A stretch of DNA of 64,000 nt from Oculina patagonica (GCF_052425735.1 NC_135765.1:32116001-32180000), one strand, 5' to 3'; counted from the first letter of the stretch, positions 1 to 13,394 are shown. Notes: generated by a model from the sequence alone, not told the origin. Numbers and translations: made by a program.

Positions 1-396
1 AAACGCACGTGTTATCTCCTGATTATAAATGAACTTTGCAGTGCACACAGAAAGAGACAAGTAACTTTCCTTTTCGAGGTATTTCTACTCACATTTTATC
101 ATGTTACTGATGGATATAAAATTATTTATATGGCAAATAGATTTTATTTTTCACACTAATTCTTTATATGAAGGGCCATAAATGTGCAGCGGTAACTTCA
201 TCATCATCATCATCATCATCATTAGCCACTTAGAATTGAAATTTTGCACCAATATACATTATAGTAGGGCGAGAAGACCTCTAAGAAACCACCAGGCCTG
301 TTAATAGCGCATGTTGTGTCACGAATGAATGTCACTCCATGTACTTTAAACCAATCAGAAGACAAATTTGTGACAGTTTTTACCGTCTTTATACAG

Positions 397-2178
397 GTCA
401 AGTTGCTAGCTGGAGGCGAGATCTTGGGAAAAAGCGTTTATCCTGTGAAGACAACGGTGATGGACGGAGATCTGCCAATGAATACCAAGGCGTGTGGTAA
501 GTCTTCAACGTCTTAAACAATATGACCTCACTAAAAACTGTCTTAACAAGGTAACAAACACATATTACATATGTCACCCAAACCTCAGATCTGAAACCTG
601 GAAACCTTTGCTTCTTGCCTGTTGCCTGTGCTTGTCGTGTGTTTCGATTTAAGGTTTAAAATCCGTGGTTGAAAAACCCCCTAGCAAGCTGTATATTTTA
701 AATTCCACGTGCCTGCGTACGCGTATTTCCGCTCAATCTTTCCAATCGCTACCATTTTTGTTCCTTCAAAAAACTATTTTGGGGTATACTTTGATTTACG
801 TAAAAAGTGACATATTACATTGTGACGTTAAATATGATTTCCAGTCCGTACTGCGCAATCCCCGCCTGCAATGTTTGTGAGTCTCACAAACAGAAGAATG
901 TTTACTAGCAAAAATAAAAATTCCGGGACAAGACTTACCTTTTTCTTCATTATTAACGCCAGATATCATATCCTTGCAAAACAATAATAACGAGTAAAAG
1001 AAGCTCGACGGTATTTCAAACGGACGTTTTAGCTCATCGTGAATTCTTGAACAAAACGATCCGTAATGGCGAACTAAAAAACTTCATGTACGCTATCGCC
1101 GAAGTGTAACGTTTCAACGAATTCAAAACAAAAATGAAAACAAACCCTGAGTCTGCGCAGTACGGACTGGAAATCATCTTTAAACCTTTCAGTGCTGAAT
1201 TTCTCCAAAAACTGGGTTTTTTTTCTACCGTTAAACTGAATTTTTGATGGTACGATCCTGAATTTCCCTTAACTTTGCTTAAAAAGCACTTTTCCACAAT
1301 GCAGCAAGATGATTTTGAGGAAGATTCCATTAAAAATTGTACAAAAATGTACTTTGGTGCATGCGCATAAGCCAAAATTTGGACTTTTTTTTTTTTTTTT
1401 GCGAAATTGTTTCCATTTTTTTTTCTTGCTCCTTTTCCTTTCGTTTCTCTTGGCTTTGTTATTTCCACTACTTTCTACTGTATCCATCCTTCCTTTAGAC
1501 CAAAAAAGTTTTGATAAAAACATTGGTAAACCCTGTCAAGAGGACCTTGATCTTTTACAGGTGTTTTGGCCTTTTTAAGCACCGATTTTGCACTAAAAAG
1601 TGATTGACTTTTTCTCGATTAGCTCTGTTAGGATGCGACCGATACGCAAAATGAATAGTTCTTTGAAAAGGTCAAACCTAGCTCTATCAGATGCTTATCA
1701 CCAAAATCTGCTGACTTTTAAATTAATGACGTCACAAGTGGTTCATTGACTGCTCCTCCAAATGTCGACAAAAGTCGACTTTAGCACTGAAAGAGTTAAG
1801 GTTTGTGGAAGGGGGTACATGTACCATTTTCTATTGAAGATATACCAAAGGGTTAACTTTTCTGTCGAAAATAGCATGTAAAAAGGTAAGGGTTTAGACC
1901 TTGTGGCAGAGTTCCGCGTATAAACATTTTTCGAGGAATTGGAATAACCCTCCCCACGGCCAAGGGTAAAGTGATAAAAATTCTCCACTGTAAACTGAAC
2001 TTGTAACTGTTTATTTGTTCTAGGTGCCTTTGCATGGTGGTATGAAATGAATGATGTCAGCAAGGTAGCTTTAATTGCCGGCTTAATTCTTGTCATCATT
2101 TTTATGATGATGTGCTGCTGCTGTTGTTGCTGCAAGACCCGTGTTACTACGCGCCTTCACTATGTTAAAATACGTTAA
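397..2178 (+). CDS. Cluster paralogue 1 (partial: exons 4-5 only, rest upstream of window); poly-Cys single-pass membrane protein with truncated tail
   Basis: Exon 4 397-496 (cag|VKLLAGGEILGKSVYPVKTTVMDGDLPMNTKAC|gtaagt). Exon 5 2024-2178 (tag|GAFAWWYEMNDVSKVALIAGLILVIIFMMMCCCCCCCKTRVTTRLHYVKIR*). Similarity to the other paralogues stops abruptly after KTR (~2142). Confidence 0.8.
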
Positions 2179-2874
2179 AAATACGAAATTCTATGATTTT
2201 GATTTTATAACGATTTGAAAAAAATAATGCGATTGTATTTTTGGTACTTTCTGACTTACTCTCTTGTTAGATGTTGCACAAATAATATCCTACCTTGTTC
2301 GATGCTTGTATATTTGAGTATTAAAGTAGCGTTTTCTTTCAGTGAATAGTACTTCAAAAATTTGTATCCACAAAAAGGATATCAATTTTTTTCTTTAAAA
2401 AAAACAACCCGCTATAACAGATTACTTCTCTGCCTTAGTGCAAGGGCACCAAAGATGTCGTAGTTTTCTGCTTACATTTTTTGAGTTTTTCAGGAAGAAG
2501 AACTTTTTCTTGAACAAGTGAATACGTTTCTTTTTTTATTATTTAAGTGTTGTTCCGGTTTGCAAAACAAGCGAATACATCTAGACATGTTCGAGCTTGC
2601 ATCATGTAATGCTATCTTGTCAGAAGCAGTGTTAAGGTCTATAAAGATAACCTCCCAATTTGTCACTTACGAGGCTATATCTCCGTCGTTAAGTGAAATC
2701 TTCCAAATAAAAGATGACCTTCATAATATTCCATTATTTCTTTATGTCTCTGTAAAATTTGAGCCTAATCGCACCCATAACAGCCGAGAAAAAAAGCGTT
2801 TTAATTAAAAGATGCAGGTCAAGCAAAACTTCCGCCTAATGAATTTATTCATGCTGTAGGTGTCCCCCGCGACC
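2143..2874. mobile_element. Related transposon with its left end missing, abutting the coding exon of paralogue 1
   Basis: Right end ctaatgaatttattcatg..ccgcgacc|ttaa resembles the right end of the 2879-3679 element. Confidence 0.5.
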
Positions 2875-2878
2875 TTAA

Positions 2879-3679
2879 GGTCGCGCAGGACCCTTGAGAT
2901 CATTTTGTATGTATTTATTTAAAGAGTAGGCACGAACTGCGACGACTGAAGCCGACAACAAACAAAATATTCATGACAATGTTTTTCTTAAAGTTCTTTG
3001 TACAAGTAATTACACGGTATTGTTCTCAGCTTTGCGTACCGTGCGCTGAAACAAAGCGAATTATCATAATTAGATTCACTGCTGCGAATATAGCACACGT
3101 CGGTTGTAAACATTGACTCGGAAGGTCTTCGGAAACGGAAAATCCTGCAATTTTGTGTCCAAGTTTTCTTCGCCGATATAGAATTTCAGGAGTTGATTCG
3201 CGAGGAACATGAACTTGGCGCACCCTATTGTGTTATGACAAGAGCGAATTTTGAAATTTCGTTCTCAAAATGAAGATGCACAATTTCAAAGTTTAGATTT
3301 CACATTTTTGCTCTCTTAGAAGCAGATAACTTCTAGCAGTTTTTGAAATCGAAAATTTCGTTCTTGTCATAACACAAAAGAGGTTATGATTCATCACTAG
3401 GTTATATTATCATTTAACTCGGTGCGCTGTAGTAGCCGAAAACTTGGACACAAAATCGCATTATCTGCAGTTAAACTTTTAAGAACCTGTAACATTACAG
3501 TTAACGGTCATCTCTCAGTAAAAGGACAATCATGATGTAATTCCATCATCCCTTAATATTCTTGAAAAATTTTAGAGAAATCGATGTTCAAAATGTAGCG
3601 AATTAAAGCTTTACAAGATAGCACTCCGTCAAGAAATTTGGCTAATGAATTTATTGATGAGCAAGGGTCCTGCGCGACC
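2879..3679. mobile_element. Non-autonomous DNA transposon with TTAA TSD (Kolobok-like GG termini)
   Basis: 18-bp TIR GGTCGCGCAGGACCCTTG / CAAGGGTCCTGCGCGACC, flanked by TTAA on both sides. Confidence 0.8.
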
Positions 3680-4730
3680 TTAATGAACAAACTAGCCAGT
3701 TTTCTAATAATATTTTTGTTTCAGTGGGTAGGATTTCTTAAGCAAACGACTTAAACAGGCACGGAACTGATCATGATGTGTCTTCGATTCATTGTGCATA
3801 CGTTCAGTTTAATCATCTCGGAATTACTGGTTTCACGTTATATTTTGACGCTCTATAAAGCGGGCACCTCGGACAGATGGAGCCGGTCCCGACGGTGTCC
3901 GTCTGACTGTTCCTCCATTATTAAATAAACTGTAATTTCTGCATTCATTCCATTGTGTCTCTTTGATATTGGACATTGTAACATAGCCCTTAGGGACGGA
4001 CCATTATTTTCTTGGTCTGGGGGGGGGGGGGGGCGAGAGGGTGGTATAAAAAAATATCCCCTGCAAACTTTTCTTTTAGTTTATGCATCTCTCCCAGGGG
4101 GGAGGGGGGGGCCTCCGTGATCAAAGTGACGGAGATGATCGAATCGAGGCAAAACTCAGGACCCAAAATTACCCAAAAAGTCCCTGGACCAAAAAAAAAC
4201 GCCCAAAAAATCCCTATTCAAATTACCCCTAAATTGCCAAGGCCGCACCAAGGCACTTAAGTTTGATTTTAATACCCAAAAAAATCCCCTATTTAAATCA
4301 AGTCACCCCAAAATATACCTGCCAAATTCTCCTACCCAAAAAAATCCCGGAATCGAAAATTTCGACCCCCAAAAAATCCTTCGCATGCACATCCCCGTCA
4401 CTTGGATCCCGGAGTACCCCCCCCTGGGGCATCCATGCTGCAAACAATTATTTTCGAAATTCCACCTATGTTTTGTTATACATATCGTGTTTGCAAACAA
4501 TTTATTTTGTCTTTCCAGGCCCTGCAAACAATTTTTTTTCAATATTTCCCGGTCAATTTCTCGTTGAAATTTTGGAAAGAAGTTGAGTAAGGTTGCATTG
4601 GATCGAGAAAAGGCTGAACGAATCTATTGTACCCCATGGCTCCTCGACTCAGTGTTTCACCACTACAGACTGGAAATCAGTCTTGCATAAATACTGCTTT
4701 GTGTTCGTGTATGTTAATGTTATAGCACAA

Positions 4731-4795
4731 TTCCGAGAAACAAAACTTCATTTCTAAGAAAACTACAAAACCTGTCAAACCGGAAATTTCCGGAA
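4731..4795 (+). promoter_or_regulatory. GAS-GAS-kappaB promoter module of paralogue 2
   Basis: TTCCGAGAA 4731-4739, TTCTAAGAA 4752-4760, palindrome CCGGAAATTTCCGG 4780-4793; ~85 bp upstream of the ATG; conserved in paralogues. Confidence 0.65.
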
Positions 4796-4875
4796 TCCGT
4801 GTCAATCAAGCGGCGGAGGCTGAATCACTTAGACGCCATCTGCATTGTGTTCCTTCAGTTGTCTTTTCTGTTAAA

Positions 4876-7800
4876 ATGTTTTCTTCAAGATACACTCTCG
4901 CCACTGGAGTTTTCATCCTTGTTTTAAGTCAACTTATTTCTTCAAATACAGGTATTTTTTTAATAATGCATATTTTAAAACTTATACTCTGTTATATGAT
5001 TTATGGCTATCGTTGATTATTAGCGCGAAGAACTAAGTCTTTATACACTGAGTGAATTTTTAAGTTCTCTCAGTATATAAAAGACGCGATTTGACGGCCC
5101 GTTTTGTCCGAAATTAATAAGAAAAGAGAACGCAGATAAAAATCGGTTCCACATAAATCCTTGTATTTCAAATGAAGCAAATCGTAGCGCGTTTATTAGC
5201 CAGCTATAACATGTTCATTCGACTGTTGTCAAAGTCCATGTGATGCTTGCCTTGGAGATTTGGTTGAACGCCGAGCCAGCCGTTTGTGTTTTAAAACCCG
5301 CGTCTTCAACGATCTTTCTGTTTTGCCATAGCATGCAATATCGCACTTTTTTGAGTCTTAAATGTTTGCAACTCATTTTGCATATTACGCACGGCCGGTC
5401 AGTGTAAAACGCAGACAGAAGACTGGGGGTAAAATGCAGATTAAGGGTAAATTGCAGACTGCGAACTGCAGAAAGGGGGTAAAATGCAGACCGAGGGTAA
5501 AGTAACGAAATATGAGTCACAAAGCCTTTTTGCCCCGTCGGTTCTATCCGAACGTGAGCAAGCGTTGAAAAGAAAATCGTTCAAAAGTTGCGTGATGGTT
5601 TATTAACGTTTAAAGAACTGCACATCAGGCGATGTTTCGCACGAGCGATCGAGCGATCACGGAGTTGAACTGGTAATAACATAAAATAAATTTTATTCCG
5701 TGGCCACAACTCTTTCAACAGTTTGTAACTGGCACAGATTAACCATTATGCAGTTAGGTAGTTAAAAACGGCTTTCCTTCGATAACTAACCGTCGCGATA
5801 AAACATAAAAAAGCATAAAAAAGGTACAAAACTATTATGTTTAGCGATCTTGTTGTGTCGGCATCGTAAAAAAAATAATATTCAGAAAATCTATAAACCG
5901 TTCAGTTTCATCCGGTTTACAAATGCAGAAGACTTAAAATTGTAGCCTGCGAACAGGCTCCCGAGTGGGGTTTGAGTGGGGTTTTTACGCGAGCGAGGCG
6001 ATTGAAGTGTCACAAAAATGTTGAAAATGCCTTTGCCGGTTAAGGAGGCTCGATGTATTTTTCTAGCCTAAGGGTGGCTGTTTTGAAAATTAAAATTATC
6101 TAGGATGCCAATGTTTGATTTTTGCCAAACTGAATACACCATAATGATCAAATATGACCAAATTTTATTTTTTTACCTGCCACTTAGTCACAAAGGTTAC
6201 CATAGCAACGATTGACGTTTTCTTTTGTTCTCAAACAAGCTTGATTTTCTCGAAATCTAGATTGACAATTGGTATTCATTTTTTTATATGTTTAAGTTTA
6301 GTAGATTGACTAACTGTTGACGTGTTGAAGTGAGCGTTGCTTCCTGAAAAACATAGCAACGTAATGCGTGCAAGAGCTACAATGCCTCTAGATCTAGAGA
6401 AGTAGACCTGTTCTCTGATTACCTACATTTCTGGTTACAGTAAAAAGCCGCGTATAAGAACCTAACATTTAAGAACCTGTTAGGCTAAAATTCTAAAACA
6501 GGTTCTTATTTTCAAAAAAGAAAAAATAATTTTCTCAAAAATATAGAATGAAAAAATATTCTCAAAAATATATTTATAACACAGTCTGTACACATTATAG
6601 TTACAGCATAGTTACAAGATTTATTGGGAATTATAGTGAAGGTTTCAGTATAGTTTTGATTTTAACGGAATCATATTAAAATAGTATAGTATTTTGCTTA
6701 CCGAAGCCTTCAAGAATACTGTTATTGGACATTAAAGAGCAGATCATTAAAAAATTCTACTTTATTTCTTGGACAAAAGTTAAGAACCTAATTAAGAACC
6801 CAGTAAGCCTAATTTTACACTAAATACCATTTATATAAGAACCTGTTTAGGCTAACTTGAAAAAACCTAGGTTCTTATACGCGGGTTTTTACTGTATATT
6901 ACGTATTATAATATCGATAGGAGTCAGCGCGCACTCTAAAATCTATGTTTTATCAGAGTATAAAACATAGAAAAATAATGTGTTATTGTTTTTCGTCAGC
7001 TTTCCTCGAGCTATAGCCACTCGTATCTATCAAGGGCGAATGGAATAATTGTTTTATAAAATCTTTTAATCACTGGACTTTTCACTTTGATGTAAACGAA
7101 GTGAGGCGGGAAAAATTGTGGCGCGGTGTTCACTTCGTGAGTTGAATGAAAGCGAGCGAGAGAGTTTTCTTTCAAAGATTTTCCTCGACAATCTCCTCTT
7201 TATTCGCCTACTCATGCTTGAAAAATATAACAGCAATTAAGGTTTACGGAAAGATTCGAAGCAATAGCTTTTCTAGAAATTATACGCCTTGCGCAAGTTC
7301 AACGAAGCAAGGGAACGGCTGTCATCGAGATTACTATTATGCTTAGACAAAATTGCACTCAGAGTCGGTGAAGCCCGGTGAAGTTTTAATATTTAACAAA
7401 TAAAGAAGCCTAAGCCATGTTTTATAATGTCATAAAACGCGACGAACATTTGAGAACTTTCGCCGTAGTGTCGAAGCGATTCTTTTTTCTTTCTTTCTCA
7501 TTTGGATGTATTGAAGCGAGTGAAGTGATTGGCAGAACTGAAGTGTGAGAGTTTAACAGGATTTGTTCTGCCAATATTTTTATTCCGTGTCAGTTTGCGG
7601 TTTTCGATTCTTGTTTCATAATTAATTTTCCGATTTCAGTGGCTCATAGAATGTTTCTTACTCATCATTAAAATAATGAGTGCAAACAATAAAGCTCTAG
7701 TGAAGAAATTATTCTACAGGACACGAGCGTGGGACAAAGAAAAAATCTGAGTCCCCGACGGGAATCGAACCCATGGCCTCCCAGATACCGGTTGGGCCCT

Positions 7801-10800
7801 CTAACTAACTGAGCTACGTGAGACTTGCTGTGAGCTAGGCCATTTTTACTAGGTTTCGACATTGCTGATCCTAGCAGTATGCAGGACGCGTGTCACTTAT
7901 CAACCTAGTAAAATGGCCTAGCTCACAGCGGGTCTCACGTAGCTCAGTTGGTTAGAGCGCCCAACCGGTATCTGGGAGGCCATGGGTTCGATTGCCGTCG
8001 GAGACTCAGATTTTTTCTTTGTCCCACGCTCGTGTCATGTAGAATAATTTCTTCACTATTTTTCACCGATCTTAAAAATCTACCATCTTTATTATTTACT
8101 ACAAATTTGATGATTTCAACATTGCTGATCCTAGCAGTATGCAGGACGCGTGTCACTTATCAACCTAGTAAAATGGCCTAGCTCACAGCGAGTCTCACGT
8201 AGCTCAGTTGGTTAGAGCGCCCAACCGGTATCTGGGAGGCCATGGGTTCGATTCCCGTCGGGGACTCAAATTTTTTCTTTGTCCCACGCTCGTGTCATGT
8301 AGAATAATTTCTTCACTATTTTTCACCGATCTTAAAAATCTACCATCTTTATTATTCACAATAAAGCTCTATATGACAACATTTTCTACTTCTATCGTGA
8401 GCGATGATTCTTCGGAATTTCTTCAGGTCATGGTTTCGATTCGTGGAAACCAGCGACTAAGGATCGTCACTCAGTCCTAATTTTTTTTTTTTACAAAGAA
8501 AGAATTTACGTTGTAAAACCTACCACGTAGGTCAGCATACATCGTTTCAGGATCACTGGAGGGTGATCCATGAAATATAAATAGTATATATCCCTGGCGG
8601 TCTTCAGTCCAACGTGAGCCTCCAGTTCTGGGAATCAACAGATCCAGATACTCTGGCACGTACATGACACTGAAAATTTCGGTAGACTTCTGGGTTACAA
8701 AAAAGATCAAAAGCCCATCAAAAGCTTGATATAAGCTTTACGAAAAGAGTAAATATAACAGGGAAGTGAAAAAATTCAGTTATTTCTTTCATGGCGTCTC
8801 CTCGCTCAGTTCCGACTTGTTACTCTTCGCCAATGGCCACAGCTGTCGCAAAATGGCTATATATAGAGCGGTTTTCACTTGAGTGTCGAAAGTAGTTTGC
8901 GTTTGCTTTGGTTTTGCATTACTACGCTTAGTGATTGGTTAAAAAATCTCGCGCCACTTTCTTAGCCAATTAGAACTAAAACCAAAACCAATCGTGACTC
9001 GCACGCGCACGCTTTCCCTCGCTTCGTGCCGGCTACATGTATTTGCTTCGAGTTTTGATTGGTTCACTGGATTGTCTGTTTCCTTTGTGATTGGCCGGAG
9101 TAATTACTTTGGTTTTGGTTTTACGACACTCAATTGAAAACTGCTCTATCTCACTCTTCAAGTTGAATAATCTCATTTTCTTCTAGCCGGCGGTTCCTGT
9201 AGCACTGGCTCTCGCAGGACTCTGGATAACGGATGTTCTATCAGTGCGGACTGCAGCACAATCACGTGCAAAATGGATTTTGTTGACGAACCAATCACTT
9301 TTAAGCTCAAGGTAACTCATTGGAAAGATTGTAAAATTTAGCAATATATCTCCTAAACTTTTATCAACAGTTTTGTCGTCGAGAGCACATTTAAAATCTT
9401 TCCAATGAGTTATATTTGAAGTGCATTATCATTCTCGATTTTCAGGAAGGCTTCTCCATCGATAAAATCAACCCCAGCAAAAAGATTAGACATTTAAAAG
9501 TGTTTCGTTTCTACTCTCGAAATATTGATTTTACTTACACTAAATTTCATTTATATTAGACAAGACAGCGCGGTTGACACTTAATTTTCCTTGCCTCTTC
9601 CCATGGCTACAAGTTAACACGTTTAGTCAGAATTTCACGATTTTGGCTAACAGTTATTTGCTTTTATTGCCTGTTAGGTCAATAAGTGTGATGACCCTGT
9701 GAGTGTGACCGCGTCAATGGACGTTCCAGATCTGTTTATTACGTGGTCCCACACTTACACTAGTGACGACATTGAAGAAGTGCCAGGCTTCACCGCATCT
9801 GTGCCTGGTGTCGTTTCTGCTGGCGTGTACGTTCAAGTCGGGCTCACTTCAAACGACGACGAACTGCGTCTAACGGGTGGTGCTTCGTGTAGTGCTCACG
9901 ATCAGTGATCGATGTAACTTCTTTGTGTGCAGCAAAACGCACTTTTGTTACGCCGTGCCCCATAGTTTCACTAACACTTGTTATCTCCTGATTATGAATG
10001 GACTTAACAATGTGTCGTATAAACAACACACAAGAACATCCTTTAGAAAGTTCTAAGAAAGAAGGGCTCGGCAAAGCTAACGATTTTGGAACCACAATAG
10101 AACTTTTTTTTTCAATACGTTACCTCCTAACCATATATATAGTGTCTTCTTAAACTGCCAAGTTGAATTGACAGCGTTCTATGACCTATTTAGACTCGCA
10201 TTTTTACCATTTTACTGACTGAAATAAAACTACCAACTGAAAGGAGGTTTTCACACTTTTTCATTTTGTCACAAATCTTAGCAATGTTAGGATCTGGAAC
10301 GCTCTGCGCAACATTAATATTGCGTACGACGAACGTCATTAATCTAGTCTCTCCATTTAAAGAACTATAAACCAAAGAGAGGACCTAAATGTGACAGCTT
10401 TTACCCTTTCTGAACAGGTAAAGCTACTAGCTGGAGGCGAGATTTTGGGAAAAGCCTTTTATCCTGTGAAGGTGACGGTGATGGAGGGAGATCTGCCAAT
10501 TAATACCAATGATTGTGGTAAGTTATATCAAATGTATGGCTATAACAAAAACTTTCCTTACAAGTTAACAAAAGTGTTACACATATCACCTTAGCCTCTA
10601 ATCTGAAATTAGAGAATATTTACTTCTCTTGGTCTGTCCGTGTGCCACGGTTTTTAGGACCTAAATCCATCGTCGAATGAATCTAGCAAGCTGTATCCTT
10701 TAAATTCCCGTGTGTGCGTTTTTCTTCTCAATCCTCTCCGTCTTATCATCTCTTCAGTAGTATCGAAATTATTTAAGTACGATTTTGGGGGTAATTCTTC

Positions 10801-12843
10801 GATTTAAGTGTTGTCTATAATACACATAAAACACGACTCAATATATATTGCGACGTAAGCTTCTCCTATAGTTTAATGCTCTTCATGAATCCTATTTACA
10901 TGAAACGAAATGTTCAAATACCACAAAGGTCCACACGATACACTAAAAACTATAAGTAAATTCTGCTTCGAGCCTAGTGGCCCATACAGGCCGGAGCTTA
11001 TCCCGGTTTCCGTAGCATTAAGCGACTAGGAGTATTGCTACTCCCCCCTGAATGAGATGCTAGTCCATTGCAGGGTTACCCCCCCCCCCAGCAGTAAATT
11101 CGCCGGTACCCATTTATACACCTGGGTGGAGAGAGGCACTGTGAGACTAAAGTGTCTTGCCCAAGAACACAACGCAGCGCCCCGGCCAGGCCTCGAACCT
11201 GGGCGGTTCGACTTGGACGCGAGCGCGCTAACCATTAGGCCACCGCGCCTGCCACACTAAAAACTATTATAGCACAACTAAAGTAAAGCGCGCGTTCTGA
11301 TTGGTTAATTAAGCGTCTACTATTTGCCCATGGGTGCACGCTGACGTATGCTTCAACCTGAGCGCGCGCGCTGATCTGTTGCGACATGACATAAGAAAGT
11401 GCCACTACTTTACGAGTTTTCTCGATTTTCCTGTGAATTTAAAAAGCTAAACATAAGAAAAAACAATTCTCCATAATGCTGAAAGACTTTGAGGTATAAT
11501 GCAAGTTTGAAATAATTCAAAACTTTGTTTTGTTTGTTTTTTTCTTTTAGGTTTTCGTCAGCGTTTACGCGAGCACTACACGCAATTTTTCAAATAAGCG
11601 CGCGCACTTTTACTCAAAGAAACTTTAATAAATATCCTAAAAGTTGTGCTATAAAACAAATGGTAAACGTCATAGCGTACACTATTGAGTTACAGATGCA
11701 CTTGGGAGGTTTGCTAAGCACTCAAGAAGCTAGAGTCGCCCTCGGCTATCGCCTCGGGCGACTCTTACGCATCTTTCGTGCTTAGCAACCTCCCGCGTGC
11801 ATCTGTAACTCAATAGTGCACGCTATGACGTTTACCATTTGTTAATAGCAGTGTTTCTATTCCGGGTCTTCCTAGGTCAGGATATGCACGTACTAGGACT
11901 CACACACAAGTGTAAATAAAACATTTTCAAATGTATAGCTTTAGCTGGGAAAGTACTGAACTAGACTCAGTCTTTCAGTTTACAGGGTCCATAAAAGATA
12001 CAGCTTATAATCTAGAAAGGTTGTCAGAAAAAAAAGCACAAAAGTGCACGTGACAAGACCGAAAGGTGGTCTAGGTAATCACTTGAATTTTGCATATCGG
12101 CCTAGAGGAAATGTACCAGTTTGTATTTTTGTACGTGAAGATTTTGTTTTTCTCACTGGAGGCCTTTTTCTGCAACTTTACTTCTACTGTCGCATGTCTT
12201 CTAAAATTCAACGTGACTAAAAGTACCTTGTTTCCACATGTCTGAAGAAAAAGAAAACGTGCAAATTCGCGTTTGTCAAGTGGCCATCTTGTAAGTATTC
12301 AGCACGTGCAGTAGCTCTCTACTTCTATCCATGTCGGTCTTGTCGCGCGCACTTTTGTGCTTTTTGCCGACAACCCTTCTCGAATTAGCTGTATACACAG
12401 TGCATTTCTCGAGTCCCCCGATTATTCAAATCAAAAGTCGTCTCTTGTAGATTTGTTTCTCTGTGTCGAACCCTCTATTTTTATTCTCGAGTTCTCGAAC
12501 TTCTGATGTCTTGAACCAATTCTCGTTTCCCCGATGAGGGTTCGAGAAATAGGGATCCCACTGTACTGTAAACTAAGCATAAAAACGTTCTTTGTTTCTA
12601 GGTGACTTTGCATGGTGGCATGGAATCAGCGACGCAGGCATGGGAGCTATGATTGGCGGCTCGATTCTTTTCGTCATTATCATGATCATTGTCTGCTGCT
12701 GCTGTTGCTGCTGTTGTTGCAGCTCAAGTCCAAACAACCAAAGGACCATCATTGTGCAACCTGCTGTTGGTATAGGTCCTGCTGTCATAGCAACCAGCAC
12801 CAACACCTCCATGCCTATGGGACCACTGTTCTACAATACTTGA
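4876..12843 (+). CDS. Cluster paralogue 2, 5 exons (~246 aa if spliced like its paralogues); exon-3 donor mutated GT>GG, possible pseudogene
   Basis: Exons 4876-4951 (MFSSRYTLATGVFILVLSQLISSNT, signal-like), 9187-9311, 9678-9875, 10418-10517, 12602-12843; intron phases 1,0,0,1 as in the other paralogues. At 9876 the sequence is acg|ggtggt, versus acg|gttggt in copy 3. Confidence 0.8.
6438..6894. mobile_element. Tc1/mariner-type MITE (TA TSD)
   Basis: TIR cagtaaaaagccgcgtataagaacct / aggttcttatacgcgggtttttactg, flanked by TA. Confidence 0.8.
7700..8357 (+). mobile_element. tRNA-derived element: one inverted partial copy plus two tandem ~264-bp direct copies, with TSD
   Basis: A/B-box-like tagctcagttgg..gggttcgattccc in each unit; 14-bp direct repeat acaataaagctcta at 7686-7699 and 8358-8371. 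Confidence 0.75.
8864..9148. mobile_element. MITE (tagagcggttttca../..tgaaaactgctcta family)
   Basis: Terminal inverted repeats; a related copy lies at ~33281-33572. Confidence 0.7.
10957..11255 (-). mobile_element. tRNA-derived SINE
   Basis: Reverse strand starts ggcaggcgcggtggcctaatggttagcgcg..ccaggttcgaggcc (A/B boxes); flanked by a repeat of cactaaaaacta. Confidence 0.7.
12000..12393. mobile_element. MITE
   Basis: TIR-like ends acagcttataatctagaaaggttgtc / gacaacccttctcgaattagctgt; a partial related copy at ~46982-47170. Confidence 0.6.
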
Positions 12844-13394
12844 GCCGCTTTCTCAATTGCTGAGATTCACAGCGGTCAATCGCAAAAATCCAAAATCACT
12901 TCCGGTTCTCGCCGCATCGAACTTTGAAAGAATTTGATGCGGAAGTGTACAAGACGTTTGTAAGAAAATGCTACAGAAATAGCACGGGAAACAAAATTAG
13001 CATAAGCAGGATCAGTGATTGTCATGAGGCAGTTTTGGGAGGAACTGCGCACGCGCGCCACGTTTGACAGCTATGTGTTGTGAGATTAATCTTGTACCAA
13101 GAGTCTTTACTCTTTATTTCGCATGCTTGACAAATGCGACCGCTGTTCAACTGGAATGGAAGTTCTAAGGGGGTTCTAAGTACGAGATTATGCCAGACTA
13201 AACATGCGTGTGCAATGTAAAGAAATTGCTTTTCTAGGTTTGTTTGAGCATTCTTACGCAATAAAAATTTGAAACAAAATCCTTTTTGAGTTATTTAGTC
13301 GTTGTGGTTTAGGGAATAACTCATATTAGTAAATTTTTATTTCAGGCTGTTCATGATAATGCTTTGACATCTAAATACTATTTTCAAAAAAGGC

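Noticed and set aside
900-1800. Possible coding region in intron 4 of paralogue 1
   Set aside because: Frames are broken by stops and homopolymers; it ends in a TIR-like cactgaaagag|ttaa and is probably a decayed DNA transposon that I cannot classify.
1743-2135. Poly-Gln ORFs (also 12573-12812 and 55524-55829)
   Set aside because: Antisense reading of the poly-Cys (TGY)n exons.
7925-8270. tRNA-Thr(GGT)-like cloverleafs as genuine tRNA genes
   Set aside because: The anticodon stem is mismatched and the units are embedded in a repeated element with a TSD; treated as tRNA-derived repeats.
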